From assembly GCA_964229355.1 (NCBI GenBank), contig CAXRDE010000005.1:165131-229130 (forward strand): 64,000 bases of DNA, read 5' to 3'. The translations under genes were made by a program, and so were the position numbers. This document shows positions 56,543 through 64,000 of the stretch, piece by piece (position 1 is the stretch's first letter; every line of letters begins with the position of its first letter). The notes under the pieces were generated by a model. The model searched no databases. It was not told the DNA's origin and worked only from the letters and a program-made list of their open reading frames with translations. This DNA is from Candidatus Sericytochromatia bacterium. GTDB taxonomy: Bacteria; Cyanobacteriota; Sericytochromatia; UBA7694.

Positions 56543-57413
56543 CTCGGGCCTCACGCAGCAGTCCGTTGCTAACATTCAATCCCAGCAGGCGACGGACGTC
56601 TTCCTTGGCAATAATAACATCGGTGCGAAAGCTTCCCGTAGCGCTCAGGCCTTTAATGATCAAAGGGTTTGCACCCACCCGAATGTTTTGTCTGGCCTGA
56701 GCCAGGGAGTGAGCGTAGCCCACAATCCCCTGGGTAATCACAAAGTCAGGCTCTACCGCCACAGATCCCAGGTAGAGTTCACCACCGGTTTGACTCATGA
56801 CGGCAGGACTCATGGCAGGTGCAAGGCCTAATCCGCGGCAATCAATAATGACACCCGTATAATTTCCAGGATTGGGATCCGCTTGCTCTTCTACAGGCAA
56901 CGGGGGAGAAATATGTTTTTGGGGCTGCAAAATACCGCTTAAGCCTTTGCTGGCATAGAGTTTAACGGCCATTTCCACTTCAATGGTGCCATCATCTAAG
57001 TAACGCTGATCAATTTTCTGAGCTCCCTTGACCAGGGCTTGTAAATAGCTGTCGAGGGTCTCGCTTTCCATGGCATAATCTCTCACCACGGTTTCAGAAT
57101 TCACACGCACTTTGTAAATCGCATCCATCAGCTGACGATAGGCGTCTGCAGTGGCTGAGCGTTCAGCCATCAGCTGTTTCTGAGAAAGCGTACCGCGATC
57201 AGGGGGAGCACCCACGCCCACCACACGAATCACACCTTCGGACCAATCCACGGTGATATTGCCGTCAATCTCAGTCACCCGTTGCACTTTCATGTCTGCA
57301 GCATGTACCAAAGCGCTCTGGGACGACAGGGCACACAGCCCCACACAAGTAAGGCTAAGAAAAAAACGGGTGGTGGACTTAAACATGGAAAACTCCTGTA
57401 AATTTGTAGACAA
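56526..57413 (-). CDS. Secreted protein with LPP20/FlgP-like lipoprotein-family domain (putative)
   Basis: Signal peptide (FFLSLTCVGLCALSSQSALVHA). Segment GVIRVVGVGAPPDRGTLSQKQLMAERSATADAYRQLMDAIYKVRV resembles the LPP20/FlgP family. Second similar half. Confidence 0.4.
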   Translation of the reverse strand: MSTNLQEFSMFKSTTRFFLSLTCVGLCALSSQSALVHAADMKVQRVTEIDGNITVDWSEGVIRVVGVGAPPDRGTLSQKQLMAERSATADAYRQLMDAIYKVRVNSETVVRDYAMESETLDSYLQALVKGAQKIDQRYLDDGTIEVEMAVKLYASKGLSGILQPQKHISPPLPVEEQADPNPGNYTGVIIDCRGLGLAPAMSPAVMSQTGGELYLGSVAVEPDFVITQGIVGYAHSLAQARQNIRVGANPLIIKGLSATGSFRTDVIIAKEDVRRLLGLNVSNGLLREARVILVK

Positions 57414-57438
57414 ATTATAGCATGCTAAACTAAAGCTT

Positions 57439-59274
57439 ATGAATGCATTACCGCCTGAGGAGCCCCCGAGCGATCTCCCTTCCCTGCAAGAGGCTTATAA
57501 GACCCTAAAAGCTGAGCAAAGGCACTTGCACGCAGCCTATCAAGCCCTTGAAAATCGCCTCAAAACCCTGGAAAACGCACGCCAGGAGAAGCGCGCCACA
57601 TTCCGCTCTAAAAAAACCTCAGCGCAGACCCCTGGGCCTCCGTTATTAAAAAAACATGGGGGTTGGGAACATCTTCTGGGCATTCAGGGCTTTGCCTGGT
57701 TGGGGGTTTTTGCTTTTCTGAGTGGCGTGGGTTTATTTATTCGCTATGCCTATACCGAAGGCTGGCTGGGGCCCTGGGCTGTGCTGGTCAGTGGACTGCT
57801 GCTTTCGGTGACTTTATTGCTGTCAGGGCTCTGGGTGGCCGACCACCACCAGAAATACAGAAGTTGGGCCCACGCCCTGATGGGGGCAGGCGTGGCTCTG
57901 GTTTACTTTTTGGCCTACGCGAGCTACCATTTTGCATACTTTCAGGCCGTCACCCACTTAAATGCCTTTATGGATGCACTGTTGCTGATGGGCATTGTGG
58001 CCGTTGCCATTGCCCTTTCCCTCTGGCGTCAGTCTCAAAGCCTGGCCAGTCGTGCCTTCGTATTGGGCTTCTTTACCTCTGTGCTGAGCACTTCTTTTTA
58101 TGAGCTGACCCTTTTTTACAATCTCTTTTTGTCACTCGGGCTTGTGTTTGTGGTGCATCGAACCCGGTGGCAGCTTCTGTTGCGCATGGGCGTCGTGGGT
58201 TCATGGGTACTGCATGGCATATGGTGTTATAGTAATCCCCAGTTGAATTGGGGCACCCATAGCCTGCTCGTGGTCTATGTGCTGATTTATAGCATCACCA
58301 GCTTAAGTATCTCGCCGGTGACTTTACCGGAACGCCCTTTACCCCACGAGAACCTGACGGGAATACTTAACACCCTGGGTTACTTAAGCGTCTTTATTTA
58401 CCTCAGTTATCTCAACGCCCCTTATCTTTGGGCCATTCACACCCTTTATACAGGGCTCATGCTGGGTCTGCTTTTTATCACCCAAAAGAAACAACCCTTA
58501 CATCTCTTTTACCATGGTCTGGTAGGTGCAAGTCTTCCGGTGGGTTTCTATTTTTGCTTGCTTGAATACAACGCCTTCACGCAGGGCTGGTTTTTCGCCG
58601 TCCTGGCGCTGGGCTTATACGCCATGGCTCGCCTTGTTCAACCCCACGGGCACAACCCTCCCCTGCTTTATAAAAGCTACGATAGTCTAAGTGCCGCTTG
58701 TCTTTTAAACAGTGTTTACTTTTTCGAGCACACCCCGTTTACCGCTTATGTGCTCATTGTCCTGAGTGGGTTCTATTTAAGCCATGCTCCCAAACGCCAT
58801 CACTTCTGGAACCTTGCCTGGGTGTTTCACTTTAATGCCTTGCTCGTGCTCTGTATCAGACACTACAAAAACATCTATCCTTTTCAGGATGGTCTTCTCA
58901 GCGCACTGTTGTTTGTGGGCTTCTTTTGGCAGCGAAAAGCCATGAATGCATCTTTGAAACACCTCTGGCTATGGCCCGGCACCCTGGCCGGGTTGATTTA
59001 CACACAATCGGTTTTACCAGAAGCCAGCCTGAGCAGTTGTTGGGCGCTCCTGGGCGCTGTTTTCGTGATATCAGGTTTCTGGCAATCAGAATCAGTGGTA
59101 CGCTATCAAGGGTTCGCTTTTTTAGCCTGTGCCGGTCTTAAGCTTTTGCTCTCAGATCTACAGCATTTGAGCATGGGATTGAGAATCATCTCACTCATGG
59201 CTATCGGAAGTATCCTTATGGCATTGGCCTGGGTTTACATTCGCTACGAAGAACAGTTAAAGGAACGCCTATGA
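57439..59274 (+). CDS. Large polytopic membrane protein with N-terminal coiled-coil (DUF2339-like)
   Basis: N-terminal cytoplasmic coiled-coil (LQEAYKTLKAEQRHLHAAYQALENRLKTLENARQEK), then ~14 predicted TM helices. Confidence 0.5.
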   Translation: MNALPPEEPPSDLPSLQEAYKTLKAEQRHLHAAYQALENRLKTLENARQEKRATFRSKKTSAQTPGPPLLKKHGGWEHLLGIQGFAWLGVFAFLSGVGLFIRYAYTEGWLGPWAVLVSGLLLSVTLLLSGLWVADHHQKYRSWAHALMGAGVALVYFLAYASYHFAYFQAVTHLNAFMDALLLMGIVAVAIALSLWRQSQSLASRAFVLGFFTSVLSTSFYELTLFYNLFLSLGLVFVVHRTRWQLLLRMGVVGSWVLHGIWCYSNPQLNWGTHSLLVVYVLIYSITSLSISPVTLPERPLPHENLTGILNTLGYLSVFIYLSYLNAPYLWAIHTLYTGLMLGLLFITQKKQPLHLFYHGLVGASLPVGFYFCLLEYNAFTQGWFFAVLALGLYAMARLVQPHGHNPPLLYKSYDSLSAACLLNSVYFFEHTPFTAYVLIVLSGFYLSHAPKRHHFWNLAWVFHFNALLVLCIRHYKNIYPFQDGLLSALLFVGFFWQRKAMNASLKHLWLWPGTLAGLIYTQSVLPEASLSSCWALLGAVFVISGFWQSESVVRYQGFAFLACAGLKLLLSDLQHLSMGLRIISLMAIGSILMALAWVYIRYEEQLKERL

Positions 59275-60392
59275 AATACCCCCTCTTTAATCTCATTCTT
59301 TTGGTGTCGTTTCTCCATGGCGTCTTTGCCAGTGGGTTTATTCCCATTTTGCATGACAAACTCGGAGATCAAGCCAGTTGGCCTTTTGCCTTGTATTTTG
59401 TGGGTTTATTGCTGGGACAATTAATGATCTATTGGGTAGGCCGTTTGAGCCAACACCGGGCTCTCTTTGCGGTCTATGAAATTTTGTTTGGGGCTTCTTT
59501 AATTTATATGGGCTTCTTTTCAGGCACCTGGGTTCTCACCCTGGGAAGAGGATGGGAAGGGATTGCAGCAGGTTTGGCCACACCTTTGCTCTTTACCCAT
59601 TTGATCTTAGCGCCCAATAATATTGAGAACAAAGCCAAAATTGTACGCTATAACGCGGTTTATGCCCTGGGTTATGTCATGGGGCCGGTCCTGGTCAAGC
59701 TCACCTTATTGCGTTTCGAAATCCAAACCTTCTTGCTCTTTTCAGGGCTTCTTTTTATGGTGGTCAATGCAGCCATGATTCCTTTACTGCCACACTTTGA
59801 GCCGGTACCCAAAGCGGATCTTAAACTCAGTAAATTGTTTGGAAATATCAACTGGTTTGACAAGTTCTACTCTTTGTTTTACGGTAAGTGTTTTTACGGG
59901 TTTTTACTGACCTTTTTAACCAGTTATGCGACCGTTTATTTTCACTGGCAAATCGGGAAAATAGATACCATTACGCTGCTGACACTGGTGCTGGCTTTTA
60001 TTTTTGCAGGGGGACAACAACTGGGGGCAAAAACCATCAAGTACTTTAATCCCCGCAGCTTAGAAATTATTATCCCTTTGACCATGGCCATTACCCTGGT
60101 CCTGTTTTTCGCCCTGCAGTGGGGTCCTCTGCTGATTTTCTCAGCAGTGCTCCAGGCTTACTTGCTCTTTATTGCCTTCTTAAATTTCACACAAAAAATT
60201 CGTTCTGGCAGAGAGTTTGCACTGTTTAACAGCCTTTCGGATCCCGGTATGGTGATTGGTGCGCTATGCGCTGGCCTGGGTCTCAAGGGTGCGATTATCG
60301 TCGCTGCCCTGGGCGTTTTGCCTTTGCTCTACTGGCGGCATCTGCCCCACGTGTTGAGCAAAAATATTGCTTTACACTCCACCCGTTCTTAG
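59271..60392 (+). CDS. MFS-type transporter
   Basis: 12-TM-like profile. Start overlaps the previous stop by 4 nt. MFS-like loop motif GRLSQHRALF between TM2 and TM3. Confidence 0.6.
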   Translation: MKYPLFNLILLVSFLHGVFASGFIPILHDKLGDQASWPFALYFVGLLLGQLMIYWVGRLSQHRALFAVYEILFGASLIYMGFFSGTWVLTLGRGWEGIAAGLATPLLFTHLILAPNNIENKAKIVRYNAVYALGYVMGPVLVKLTLLRFEIQTFLLFSGLLFMVVNAAMIPLLPHFEPVPKADLKLSKLFGNINWFDKFYSLFYGKCFYGFLLTFLTSYATVYFHWQIGKIDTITLLTLVLAFIFAGGQQLGAKTIKYFNPRSLEIIIPLTMAITLVLFFALQWGPLLIFSAVLQAYLLFIAFLNFTQKIRSGREFALFNSLSDPGMVIGALCAGLGLKGAIIVAALGVLPLLYWRHLPHVLSKNIALHSTRS

Positions 60393-60411
60393 ACCAGCAC
60401 ACAGATTGCCA

Positions 60412-61446
60412 TTATTTTTTCAGATGGTAGTCCTGCAGTTGCAGAGCCTGGTTTAAAAAGTAGGCTGCGCCATTGGTGTCGCCCTGTTGTTTAAGCAAGG
60501 TTCCCATGTTGTAACAGGTGTCTGGATTATTGGGATTGAGCTCGTGAGCCTGTTTAAAATACCCCAGGGCTTCATCCAGTTTATTTTTTTGCGCGGCGCG
60601 CTCAGCTAAAATCAGGTAAAGCTCTTCTCGCGGCTGTTGGGCTAAAATTTCTTTATAGAGATCTTCAGCCCCTTGTGGGTTACCTTCATAATCAAGAATT
60701 TGTGCCAACTGCAAACTGGCCTCGATCAAATGGGGGTGATGGGTTCTGACCTGTTCGTACAAAGCTTTTGCACCGTTCAGGTCGCGTTGTTCACGCTTCA
60801 AATTGGCCAGATTAAAGAGAACTGCCACAAAATCAGGGGCCAACTCGAGGGCGCGCTCATAATAGTGGGTGGCTTTTTCAAGTTGCCCCTGTTGATGATA
60901 AATACTGCCCAGATTATTAAGCGCCTCTAAACGCTTGGGCGCAATCTCTAAGGCCTTTTCATAAAAATCAATGGCCTGGGGATAGCGTTTCATATCGAAG
61001 AAAAGACTGGCCATATGAAGATGAATGTCTGCGTTTTTGGGATCAATACGCAATCCCTTCTGATAATGGAAAACAGCCTGCTCGGGTTGCTGCTGAGCAC
61101 GATACATATTGCCCAAATTGCCATAGACAGCGGCCATGGAAGGGTCTTGACGCAAGGCGCTCTGGTAAGCAGCTTTGGCTTTTGCAAATTGTCGCAGGTC
61201 AGCATACACATTGCCCAAATTGCTGTAAAACGAGGGCTTTGGAGTGAGCTCTAAGGAGCGCTGCATGTATTTCAAAGCGTCTTCATAATTGCGTGCCTGA
61301 TAAGCCATAATCCCCTGCACATGAACGGCTTCACCATCATTGGGGTTTTTTGCCACCAGGGCATCCAAGGCCTTTTTTGCCTCATCATGTTGTCCGGCCC
61401 GTTGCAAATCTAAGACCGCTTGAATTTCTGGACTGTTTTCTTTCAT
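60412..61446 (-). CDS. TPR-repeat protein
   Basis: Eight or more canonical TPR units (AYQARNYEDALKYMQRSLELTPKPSFYSNLGNVYADLRQFAKAKAAYQSALRQDP...). Confidence 0.8.
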   Translation of the reverse strand: MKENSPEIQAVLDLQRAGQHDEAKKALDALVAKNPNDGEAVHVQGIMAYQARNYEDALKYMQRSLELTPKPSFYSNLGNVYADLRQFAKAKAAYQSALRQDPSMAAVYGNLGNMYRAQQQPEQAVFHYQKGLRIDPKNADIHLHMASLFFDMKRYPQAIDFYEKALEIAPKRLEALNNLGSIYHQQGQLEKATHYYERALELAPDFVAVLFNLANLKREQRDLNGAKALYEQVRTHHPHLIEASLQLAQILDYEGNPQGAEDLYKEILAQQPREELYLILAERAAQKNKLDEALGYFKQAHELNPNNPDTCYNMGTLLKQQGDTNGAAYFLNQALQLQDYHLKK

Positions 61447-63338
61447 AAGGAATCTTCCAATGACAATAAAATAGTGTCCCAGACCGCCAGTTTTTGATGC
61501 TCTGGCGCTGGAAAGTTTGTGTGTTCAAGTCTAACATGTCCAGCAGAGGCTGTTAGAAAGTTTGCCAAAGAAAAAATATCCTCGTGTAGGTAATGTCCTG
61601 CATGCTGAGCCAATGCTGCAGCAAAAGGCGTCACAGGTTGGGCCTTATGACGAAGATATCCCATTCTTTTGCTCTGGTTTAAAGCCTGCGCCGCCATAAA
61701 TTCACTTTCAGGACGCGCCACGGCCACCACCGCATCCATAAGCGGTATCGCTTCAACAGGATTATCTAACGCAATCCAACGCACCCGTTGGGGGCGACTT
61801 AATACCTGATCAAGGCGCTGTTGAACCCGCAAATGCCAGGTGCTTTCTCCGTGAATAAAGCCCACAATAAAGGCCTTGCGATCCTGCTGCAAAATCGCTT
61901 CTGCCAGCAGATCCATCTCGGGCGTCCAACCAAAAGGATCAAAAGCAAAGCAATACAAATGCCCCAGGGTGGGCAAGCGCAACGCCGAACGGGTTAGGCC
62001 AGAAGAAATGACGGGGTCTGTGTGCCAATACAGCGCGGACGCCACCTGGGCATTGACCAGCGCCTGACTCAGTTGGGGCAAACCACTGGCGTATTGGTAC
62101 AAGGGGTAAAGATACTGTTGAAGACCCCTTGGCGGGGTCATGGCCAACCGATATAACATTCCCCGAAGCGAAGCGTAGAGTAAACCCGTAACCTTGGCCC
62201 ACTGAAAAACCGCTAAAGCAGCCTGATGTTGCACTGGCAAGGGATAAAGATGTGCAGCATACTCCATAAGGGCAGGAGGGATCTCATCTCCCACCAGGTA
62301 AAAAACCGTCAATTGATAAGCCGGAGAGGCCTCTCGGTAATGTCGTAGCCAGGGCAAGAGAAAGGCACACGCCAGCATATCAAAGCCATCCAGCACCACG
62401 CCAATATGCACCGGGTTGACAACAGAGGGAGCCACTTGGGATCCTTTCTCAGGAAAATGACGCTGATACCATTGTCCCCAATGTTCCAGACGCGCCTGCT
62501 CGGTGAGCTGATGGGTCAAAACAAAGTCAAAGGGGTTAAACAGCGTGTGCCCCTCGTTCGCTGCCAACACAGGTCGCTCTGCAAACAATTGGGCGGCACC
62601 CGCCAGGTACTCTTGCCATTTGAGCGCATCGGCCTCACTCTGCATCACAGGGGGGCCCAGGAAATGCAAAGCGCCAAAGGCTTCTTCATCAAAGGTTTGG
62701 GAAAGAATCTCGCGCCAGGCTTCACGGGCTTGCACAAAGTTTCCCCCATGGTACGCCACGCGAGCCCGATAACGCTGCACCCGCTGAGCAGTCTGTAAAT
62801 CCCGCGGCAGTTGCAGCAGCAACTGCTCTGCCCGCTGATAACGTCTTTTGTACAGCAAAACTTCAAGAATATAGCAAATGGCAGCCACCGCATCGGGACC
62901 CTCAGTCGGATCATGCAATTGACGTGTCAATACCTCAGAGAAAGCCAATAGGGCGTCTTGCCATTTGCCCATCATAAAAAAGGTTTTTCCCAGACGCCAC
63001 AGCACTTCACAGCCAAGGGGTTCGATCAGTGTATTTGACAGCAAATCCTGTAAATACACCAGCGCGTTGGCCGTTTCTGCGGTACGCAAATAGTCATCAA
63101 TTAAGCGAAGCGTATAAGCGGTATTCTCTGGAGCATAGGCGCGGGCAGCTTCATAATGTAAGCGAGCCTGTGTAAAAAAGTGTTGCTCCTGATAAAGCTG
63201 TGCCAGTATGGCATGGAGAGGCGCCGCCTGAGGAAAGTGCAATAATCCTTCTTCAGCATACAATACAGCCTGGTCCCAGTGCCCCTGCGCCTGGGAAGAC
63301 TGGGTCTGCTTGAGCCAATGTGCGATGTCAGACGACAC
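61443..63338 (-). CDS. TPR-repeat protein with C-terminal GT41 (O-GlcNAc transferase-like) region
   Basis: N-terminal TPRs. C-terminal segment PVHIGVVLDGFDMLACAFLLPWLRHYREASPAYQLTVFY resembles the GT41 N-cat start. Start overlaps the downstream TPR gene by 4 nt and the stop abuts the thioesterase start. Confidence 0.6.
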   Translation of the reverse strand: MSSDIAHWLKQTQSSQAQGHWDQAVLYAEEGLLHFPQAAPLHAILAQLYQEQHFFTQARLHYEAARAYAPENTAYTLRLIDDYLRTAETANALVYLQDLLSNTLIEPLGCEVLWRLGKTFFMMGKWQDALLAFSEVLTRQLHDPTEGPDAVAAICYILEVLLYKRRYQRAEQLLLQLPRDLQTAQRVQRYRARVAYHGGNFVQAREAWREILSQTFDEEAFGALHFLGPPVMQSEADALKWQEYLAGAAQLFAERPVLAANEGHTLFNPFDFVLTHQLTEQARLEHWGQWYQRHFPEKGSQVAPSVVNPVHIGVVLDGFDMLACAFLLPWLRHYREASPAYQLTVFYLVGDEIPPALMEYAAHLYPLPVQHQAALAVFQWAKVTGLLYASLRGMLYRLAMTPPRGLQQYLYPLYQYASGLPQLSQALVNAQVASALYWHTDPVISSGLTRSALRLPTLGHLYCFAFDPFGWTPEMDLLAEAILQQDRKAFIVGFIHGESTWHLRVQQRLDQVLSRPQRVRWIALDNPVEAIPLMDAVVAVARPESEFMAAQALNQSKRMGYLRHKAQPVTPFAAALAQHAGHYLHEDIFSLANFLTASAGHVRLEHTNFPAPEHQKLAVWDTILLSLEDSL

Positions 63339-63799
63339 TAAATCAATTCAGGCAGATCATCCGGCAAAGGACGATCCCACTCAATGCGAATGGGTTGTTT
63401 TTCCGAGTTGATGGCCACAAAGGTAAAAACACCACTAATGGCCTTCTCACGGTTATCGTGGTCCCGCAACTCCTTATACACATTGACCCGCACTTTCATA
63501 CTGGTGCGACCCACCTCAATAACGCGAGCCACCAGTTCCACAATACACCCGGAAGGTATCGGGTTTTGAAAATCAATTTTATCTAAAGACACCGTTACCG
63601 TTTGCTGGCGGGAAAAACGAATGGACGCAATGGCTGCCACTTCATCCATCCATTGTAAAGCGGTACCGCCAAATAAGGTATCGTAATGATTGGTCACACT
63701 GGGAAAGACAATTTTAACCACCCGTGTGGTGGCGCTACGAATCCGCGCTTGAAAAACAGGATGTTCTTCTTTAGGGACAGGATTTTCAGATTTACACAT
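63338..63799 (-). CDS. Acyl-CoA thioesterase (hotdog fold, YciA-like)
   Basis: VKIVFPSVTNHYDTLFGGTALQWMDEVAAIAS...VELVARVIEVGRTSMKVRVNVY is a typical hotdog thioesterase. Confidence 0.8.
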   Translation of the reverse strand: MCKSENPVPKEEHPVFQARIRSATTRVVKIVFPSVTNHYDTLFGGTALQWMDEVAAIASIRFSRQQTVTVSLDKIDFQNPIPSGCIVELVARVIEVGRTSMKVRVNVYKELRDHDNREKAISGVFTFVAINSEKQPIRIEWDRPLPDDLPELI

Positions 63800-64000
63800 G
63801 CTGCGCTTTGGCTTTCTTCAGGGTCTTCAATTGTTGAAGATCCCACACGGGTCCCGCCACAAACGACAAAGGATCTTCAGTAAAGGCCGGACGGTTTTTT
63901 TCGTATTTTCCGTGGCCGACAATATTGGTGGCCCATCCCAGTGCAAAGGCAGAGGCCGAGAACCACCAGGGCTTTGTATAGGGTTTGGTGAGCAACAATC
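63792..64000 (-). CDS. DUF962 (Mpo1-like) family membrane protein, C-terminal part (partial, starts beyond window end)
   Basis: ...NIVGHGKYEKNRPAFTEDPLSFVAGPVWDL matches the conserved GH.fEkNkPA motif of DUF962. Frame open to the window edge. Confidence 0.4.
   Translation of the reverse strand, partial: LLLTKPYTKPWWFSASAFALGWATNIVGHGKYEKNRPAFTEDPLSFVAGPVWDLQQLKTLKKAKAQHV

Noticed and set aside
1-64000. CRISPR arrays, transposases, integrases, phage genes, toxin-antitoxin pairs
   Set aside because: I scanned for direct repeats with regular spacing and for characteristic DDE/tyrosine recombinase motifs and saw none. The window looks like core chromosome.

Overview
This 64 kb window is chromosomal DNA from a Gram-negative bacterium, roughly 50-55% GC by eye. 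It is densely coded on both strands with housekeeping genes. I see no transposases, integrases, CRISPR arrays or obvious mobile elements.

Supported content:
- Five tRNAs in three loci: Arg(ACG)+Ser(GCU), Lys(UUU)+Glu(UUC), Leu(CAG).
- Core genes: rpsT, ychF, ahcY, lptB, mltG, acyl-CoA carboxylase beta and epsilon subunits, thiolase, GH57 glucan enzyme, PBP4-type D,D-carboxypeptidase, L,D-transpeptidase, LCP family protein.
- A flagellar C-ring/export cluster (fliM-like, fliN, fliO, fliP, fliQ, fliR), with a group-3 (FliA-like) sigma factor elsewhere in the window.
- A signalling operon: ABC1/UbiB kinase, then a Ser/Thr kinase fused to an FGE-sulfatase domain, then an M50B-like protease.
- Many TPR proteins, including at least two TPR plus GT41 (O-GlcNAc-transferase-like) fusions.
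- An orphan beta-class DNA methyltransferase.
- A partial TrkH at the left edge and a partial DUF962-like gene at the right edge.

Most interesting for follow-up:
1. A 655-aa polytopic membrane protein inside the flagellar cluster that ends in a FliN/SpoA domain.
2. A translationally coupled operon: secreted protein, stand-alone LanC-like protein, TPR-GT41 protein, followed by the sigma factor.
3. A 1381-aa cytoplasmic multi-propeller NHL/zinc-ribbon protein.
4. The kinase/FGE/M50B operon, co-directional and tightly packed with the carboxylase genes.
5. A signal-less 685-aa protein next to the orphan methyltransferase.

Lineage cannot be fixed from sequence alone. The gene content (GH57, short-form SAHH, Ser/Thr kinase-FGE fusions, many TPR-GT41 proteins, a TIGR02450-like Trp-rich protein, plus flagella) is compatible with a PVC-, Melainabacteria- or delta-like organism, but that is inference only. 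All domain calls below come from motif recognition by eye, not database searches.
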